Shown piece after piece: positions 22,201 through 24,787 of a DNA stretch of 24,787 nt. The notes under the pieces were generated by a model. It ran no database searches. It was not told the DNA's origin and worked only from the letters and a program-made list of their open reading frames with translations. Both the position numbers and the translations under genes were made by a program. Source of the stretch: Candidatus Woesearchaeota archaeon (lineage in GTDB: Archaea > Nanobdellota > Nanobdellia > Woesearchaeales > SKGA01); assembly GCA_016926395.1 (NCBI GenBank), contig JAFGOT010000032.1, positions 1 to 24,787 on the forward strand. Direction: 5' to 3'. Position 1 is the stretch's first letter. Every line of letters begins with the position of its first letter.

Positions 22201-24787
22201 CAAGCACTTGTCAACTTAGTGCAAACCCTGTAAATCCTTCTTGTGGTGATGGAACTATTGATTGGTCGCAAGGAGAACTTTGTGATACGGGTAATCCTGC
22301 AGATGGTTGTTGCAATAGTAACGAGGTAGCTAAAATAAGTAGTAATTACTACCCTGGCTGTGATGCTGTTTCTTATAATGTTATTTGTGATAGTTCTATT
22401 TCTGGAACTAGCTTTACTCAAGATGGTCTATGTGTTTGTGATTCTTCAACTTGTTCATCTAATTCCGATAGTGATAATTGTTATACTTCTGGGTCTGGTA
22501 AATTTGTTTGTAAACATTCAAATAAATATTATAGTGGCAATTCTGGTGTTTGTTCGTTTGGAGATCAATGTGATGCTACTTTAACTGATGGGACGTTTAA
22601 TTATGAATATTCTAGTTTAAGACACTATTTTGTTTCTCTAAGAGTTGATTGTGATAGCACTGGAAATGGAAATACTTGTATTGATTATTCTACTAATCCT
22701 TCTATTTATGCTTGTTGCACTGATGATACTACTGATACTACTGTTGAAAAATGTGTTACGCCTGCGGGTGTTTGCGTGAATGGATTTAGTAACAGTCGTG
22801 AAATAATTTCTCTTGGTGGTGAACAGGCTTATTGTTATCAAGGTACTTGGTACGATTTAGATAGTTATAAAACTAGTTGTGAAATTGCACCTGGTGGTCA
22901 TGATTGGTTAAAGGCTGGACGAAATAGTTTAGGCGAGTATTCTGATAGAACTTCCTTTGAATGTTGTGGCGATGATAGTGGTGAGTATGTAATTCCTTTA
23001 TCTTGTGATGCTGATTTAACTTGTGGTTCTGCTGATTCTGTTTGTTGTTCTTCTTCCCGTGATTGTTACTTAAACTCAAACACTTGTTATACTTCTGGCT
23101 TTAGTGCTGTTGATGTTAATGGTGATGGTGATGATGATTACTGTTTATCTGGAACTTGGTATGATTGTGAAACCGATGCTGACTGCCCAACTAATATTGT
23201 GTGTGATTCAAACCATGATTGTGTTTTAGCTCCTGACGGTCATACTTGTACTTCTGATTCTACTTGTGCAAGTGGTTATTGCGATAATGATGGTGTTGGT
23301 GCTGCTGATGATGGTGTTTGTTACACGCCTATAGCAGGTAATAATAATTGTAATGGTGGAAATTGTTTTGACAATCAAGATGGTTATTGTGAGGCAGATA
23401 CCGGTCATGCAGATGCTTTCGCTGACGAAAGAGATTCTTATTGGGTAAATAGTAATACCTCTTCTTCAAATTATTATGGTTGTCCAGCTCATAGTTCTTG
23501 TATTGTCGCATACAGTCCTGCATGTCAAGCTTACGATGGTGATTACAATGATCCGATTTGTGGTTTAGTAGGTGGAACTTGGACTTCTATGAATGGTGGT
23601 GTTGATAGCACTGATTGTACTTCTGGTGTCACTTGTGGAACTGCAGGAGGGTATTATTGTTGTGGTGATGATTCTAATGAATTTATTGATTCCTTTGGTC
23701 GTTATACTACTGGAAATGCAGGTATTGCTATTAATTTAGGTTCTGTTAGTGCTTGTTGTGCTGCTGATAATGCTTGTATTGATAAAGATGGAAATTGTGT
23801 TACTTATTATACTGGTGGATATCTTGCTTCAACTCAATCTAATGATTGGATAGCTGCGTGTGGTGGTGGTTCTACCTCAAGCACAATGGATGATTGGATA
23901 GATTGTGATTATAGTGAATTACGTTGTGGATTTTGTGCAGGTACTGGCGAGACTGCTGTTTGGATTTCTGAAGGTGAATCTTCGACATCTTTACCTGGAG
24001 AATATTCTGATGGCGCAACTGAATGTTGTGGTGATGATGCTAATGAATATTATCGTCATTATGATGTTTATAATACGCAATATGGATTAACTACTGGTGC
24101 TGATAATACTGCTGATGATGCTTGTTGTAATAGCGCTACTGATTGTGTTTATAATGGAAGATGTTATTCGCCTGGTTATTATGATTTGATTGGCAGTGAT
24201 GGTGTTGTCGATATGAAGTGTCATACTGATGGTCGTTGGTTAGATGTTGATTATCATAGTTCTTATTGTGACTCTGCTGTTGGTACTGGTCATTGGAATA
24301 TTGGCGGTAGTGCTACTGTAGAAGATAGCTACTATACAACCAATGGAGGAACTTCAAGTTATTGTTATATTGGTTCTTCTGGAAATCCAAGTCAGCAATG
24401 TTGTTGTGGTGATGATCCTGGTGAGCTCTATAAAAATAGAGTTTGTTCGTTTAGATGTGTTACTGATTTAACAGATGTTTCTTGTTGCACTGAACTTGAT
24501 GATTGCGTTTATAATGGTGTTTGTTACCCTGCAGGAACTGATGATGTTGTTATAGGTGCGAAGTGTATGTTAGGTTCTTGGAGAAAATCTTTAATATTCC
24601 ACGATATCTGCGGCGATGGTATTTGTTCACTTGCAGAAGCAGATTCAGGTTCTTGTCCTGAAGATTGTGATCTTATAGGTCCTTTTTGTGGTGATGGTTC
24701 TTGTAATAATGGCGAGACTTGTTCTTCTTGTTCTTCTGATTGTGGTGCTTGTCTTTATTGTGGTGATGGAATTTGTAATAATGGCGA
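19209..24787 (+). CDS. Giant cysteine-rich surface protein (at least 1859 aa, 3'-truncated): pilin-like N-terminus, CGDG cysteine-rich repeats, LamG/ConA-like domain, CCGDDxxE repeats
   Basis: Hand translation of frame +3 shows no stop from 19188 to the window end. N-terminus KRLKKA/QSAIEFVLLVSFMLLIFFSFF; repeats such as CGDGNIDLGEDCDDG; LamG motifs FSFSFWVRP, WTFITVV..YANG and FNGLVDEFRVFDRVLSDSDIVHLY. The ATT start is inferred. Confidence 0.92.
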   Translation, partial: MKRLKKAQSAIEFVLLVSFMLLIFFSFFLSFQNKIVEIARAQDLQYLQEANDVIISEVALAQKMYADYERTFILPSIADKPYQMNLTDLNEITSYYNGLEYVNFLSVNISGDVFAGNIESGKNTIYRTDGIVYLPDGTVYRNDDYAGFYANVNPETCYEYNYSGTCADLYKINSQFKQFCINFFDLVCPVCPDGVVDPPYEECDDNAAGNHDCWPGGVLNISDPYCHPAVPDPNSADSTFVWTCNTDCQGESVERGCNDDGGWCDQQDVNVCPGNGDANPNNNDCDGLLNMSLSNNEFNFSLDFNANLYAQDCGTNCNYQIVDTQVFNLATSSWESIGPIWPWNLDASIDVTNTLKITGLRDQFQDTCALAYRDANVTIKVSDDPHPITRTEIFNFYLTDCPGCGDGEVQVFDTYSETCDYGAPLSDPAVCIPAYGPATFGGVKASCQYCSPTCQWATNVTTKFCGNDIVESLYGEECDNTSLPEPSPWSLGGTTFCNVYCKNETTSHCGDGIKDIGHETCDLGGTNNNDTPCIPSWGTSCSYCNSVCQEITIDGSSCGDTYCDLGFETCYSCSSDCNNPACASVANLNFFSSNQNEGILLSYVRGEGLDHIDLDWRINNGATSINTINAPFSEFISTAGYGNVVDQSTFNNDGDLGGGSTSNIPTLENSNCLSGLGSCYSFGNGDLIKFNPQEDVRSDFSFSFWVRPTSSFSSLPVVDSSPDSANLFVLLPENQGAISLGTGVAVGTNGAYVFANFAGNYFAVAGGPKSFSDWTFITVVFENNRPYIYANGVPLGTSLSNSLTTFPPRIIGGSSFNGLVDEFRVFDRVLSDSDIVHLYNHYTSRGSSSLKARVQKVVPGETWKVKLTSYDVNGVAIPVLYSNALYIPGCGDGNIDLGEDCDDGFPNPASEVCQTNSNNNNCNFNNPNENFYDVIRTDYSYCNTGCDAGTYSANYYCGDGIKQTSNGETCDYGSYNGGIYCDGFGTTPSYGVDCYTCSSTCQLSANPVNPSCGDGTIDWSQGELCDTGNPADGCCNSNEVAKISSNYYPGCDAVSYNVICDSSISGTSFTQDGLCVCDSSTCSSNSDSDNCYTSGSGKFVCKHSNKYYSGNSGVCSFGDQCDATLTDGTFNYEYSSLRHYFVSLRVDCDSTGNGNTCIDYSTNPSIYACCTDDTTDTTVEKCVTPAGVCVNGFSNSREIISLGGEQAYCYQGTWYDLDSYKTSCEIAPGGHDWLKAGRNSLGEYSDRTSFECCGDDSGEYVIPLSCDADLTCGSADSVCCSSSRDCYLNSNTCYTSGFSAVDVNGDGDDDYCLSGTWYDCETDADCPTNIVCDSNHDCVLAPDGHTCTSDSTCASGYCDNDGVGAADDGVCYTPIAGNNNCNGGNCFDNQDGYCEADTGHADAFADERDSYWVNSNTSSSNYYGCPAHSSCIVAYSPACQAYDGDYNDPICGLVGGTWTSMNGGVDSTDCTSGVTCGTAGGYYCCGDDSNEFIDSFGRYTTGNAGIAINLGSVSACCAADNACIDKDGNCVTYYTGGYLASTQSNDWIAACGGGSTSSTMDDWIDCDYSELRCGFCAGTGETAVWISEGESSTSLPGEYSDGATECCGDDANEYYRHYDVYNTQYGLTTGADNTADDACCNSATDCVYNGRCYSPGYYDLIGSDGVVDMKCHTDGRWLDVDYHSSYCDSAVGTGHWNIGGSATVEDSYYTTNGGTSSYCYIGSSGNPSQQCCCGDDPGELYKNRVCSFRCVTDLTDVSCCTELDDCVYNGVCYPAGTDDVVIGAKCMLGSWRKSLIFHDICGDGICSLAEADSGSCPEDCDLIGPFCGDGSCNNGETCSSCSSDCGACLYCGDGICNNG
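24687..24787 (+). repeat. Tandem 72-bp coding repeat (CGDGxCNNGE) at the window edge
   Basis: TGTGGTGATGG-TTC/AAT-TTGTAATAATGGCGA at 24687 and 24759. Confidence 0.8.

Noticed and set aside
19464-24090. All short ORF-track entries inside the giant gene (19464-19733, 19498-19752, 22045-22233, 22200-22421, 22360-22584, 22638-22841, 22873-23079, 23226-23408, 23329-23523, 23905-24090)
   Set aside because: They are off-frame or antisense shadows of the continuous frame +3 ORF.
1-24787. CRISPR array, transposase/integrase, rRNA, or stop-codon reassignment
   Set aside because: No regularly spaced repeat-spacer array, no recombinase or transposase motifs and no rRNA-like segment were seen. Recognised genes end at expected lengths with TAA, TAG or TGA, consistent with the standard code.

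Overview
AT-rich, densely packed archaeal chromosome segment, most consistent with a DPANN lineage such as Woesearchaeota. This assignment is an inference from archaeal-type genes (rps6e, rpl15e, rpl21e, rpoF, class I CCA enzyme, DRG GTPase, type II MAP, PAC2), TTTATAAA TATA boxes, GGTGA/GGAGG SD motifs, short overlaps and broken operons. Bases 1-18.7 kb hold mostly information-processing genes mixed with hypothetical and accessory genes, plus an intron-less tRNA-Cys(GCA) directly upstream of cysS. The last 6 kb carry a small class-III-signal-peptide (type IV pilin-like) gene followed by a giant ORF that is missing from the supplied ORF track. That ORF is frame +3, open from 19188 to the window end, and at least 1859 codons from a probable ATT start. 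It encodes a pilin-like N-terminus fused to CGDG..E.CD cysteine-rich repeats, a LamG/ConA-like domain and a second CCGDDxxE repeat, with about 140 Cys by hand count. Other notable signals: structured GC-rich 5' leaders before rps6e and rpl15e, two duplications of gene 3' ends around short hairpin inserts that share a motif, a stand-alone HPF/RaiA-fold candidate, a Hel308-like gene with only its first RecA domain, and a Nudix gene broken by a homopolymer frameshift. All translations, alignments and folds were done by hand; no database searches were run.
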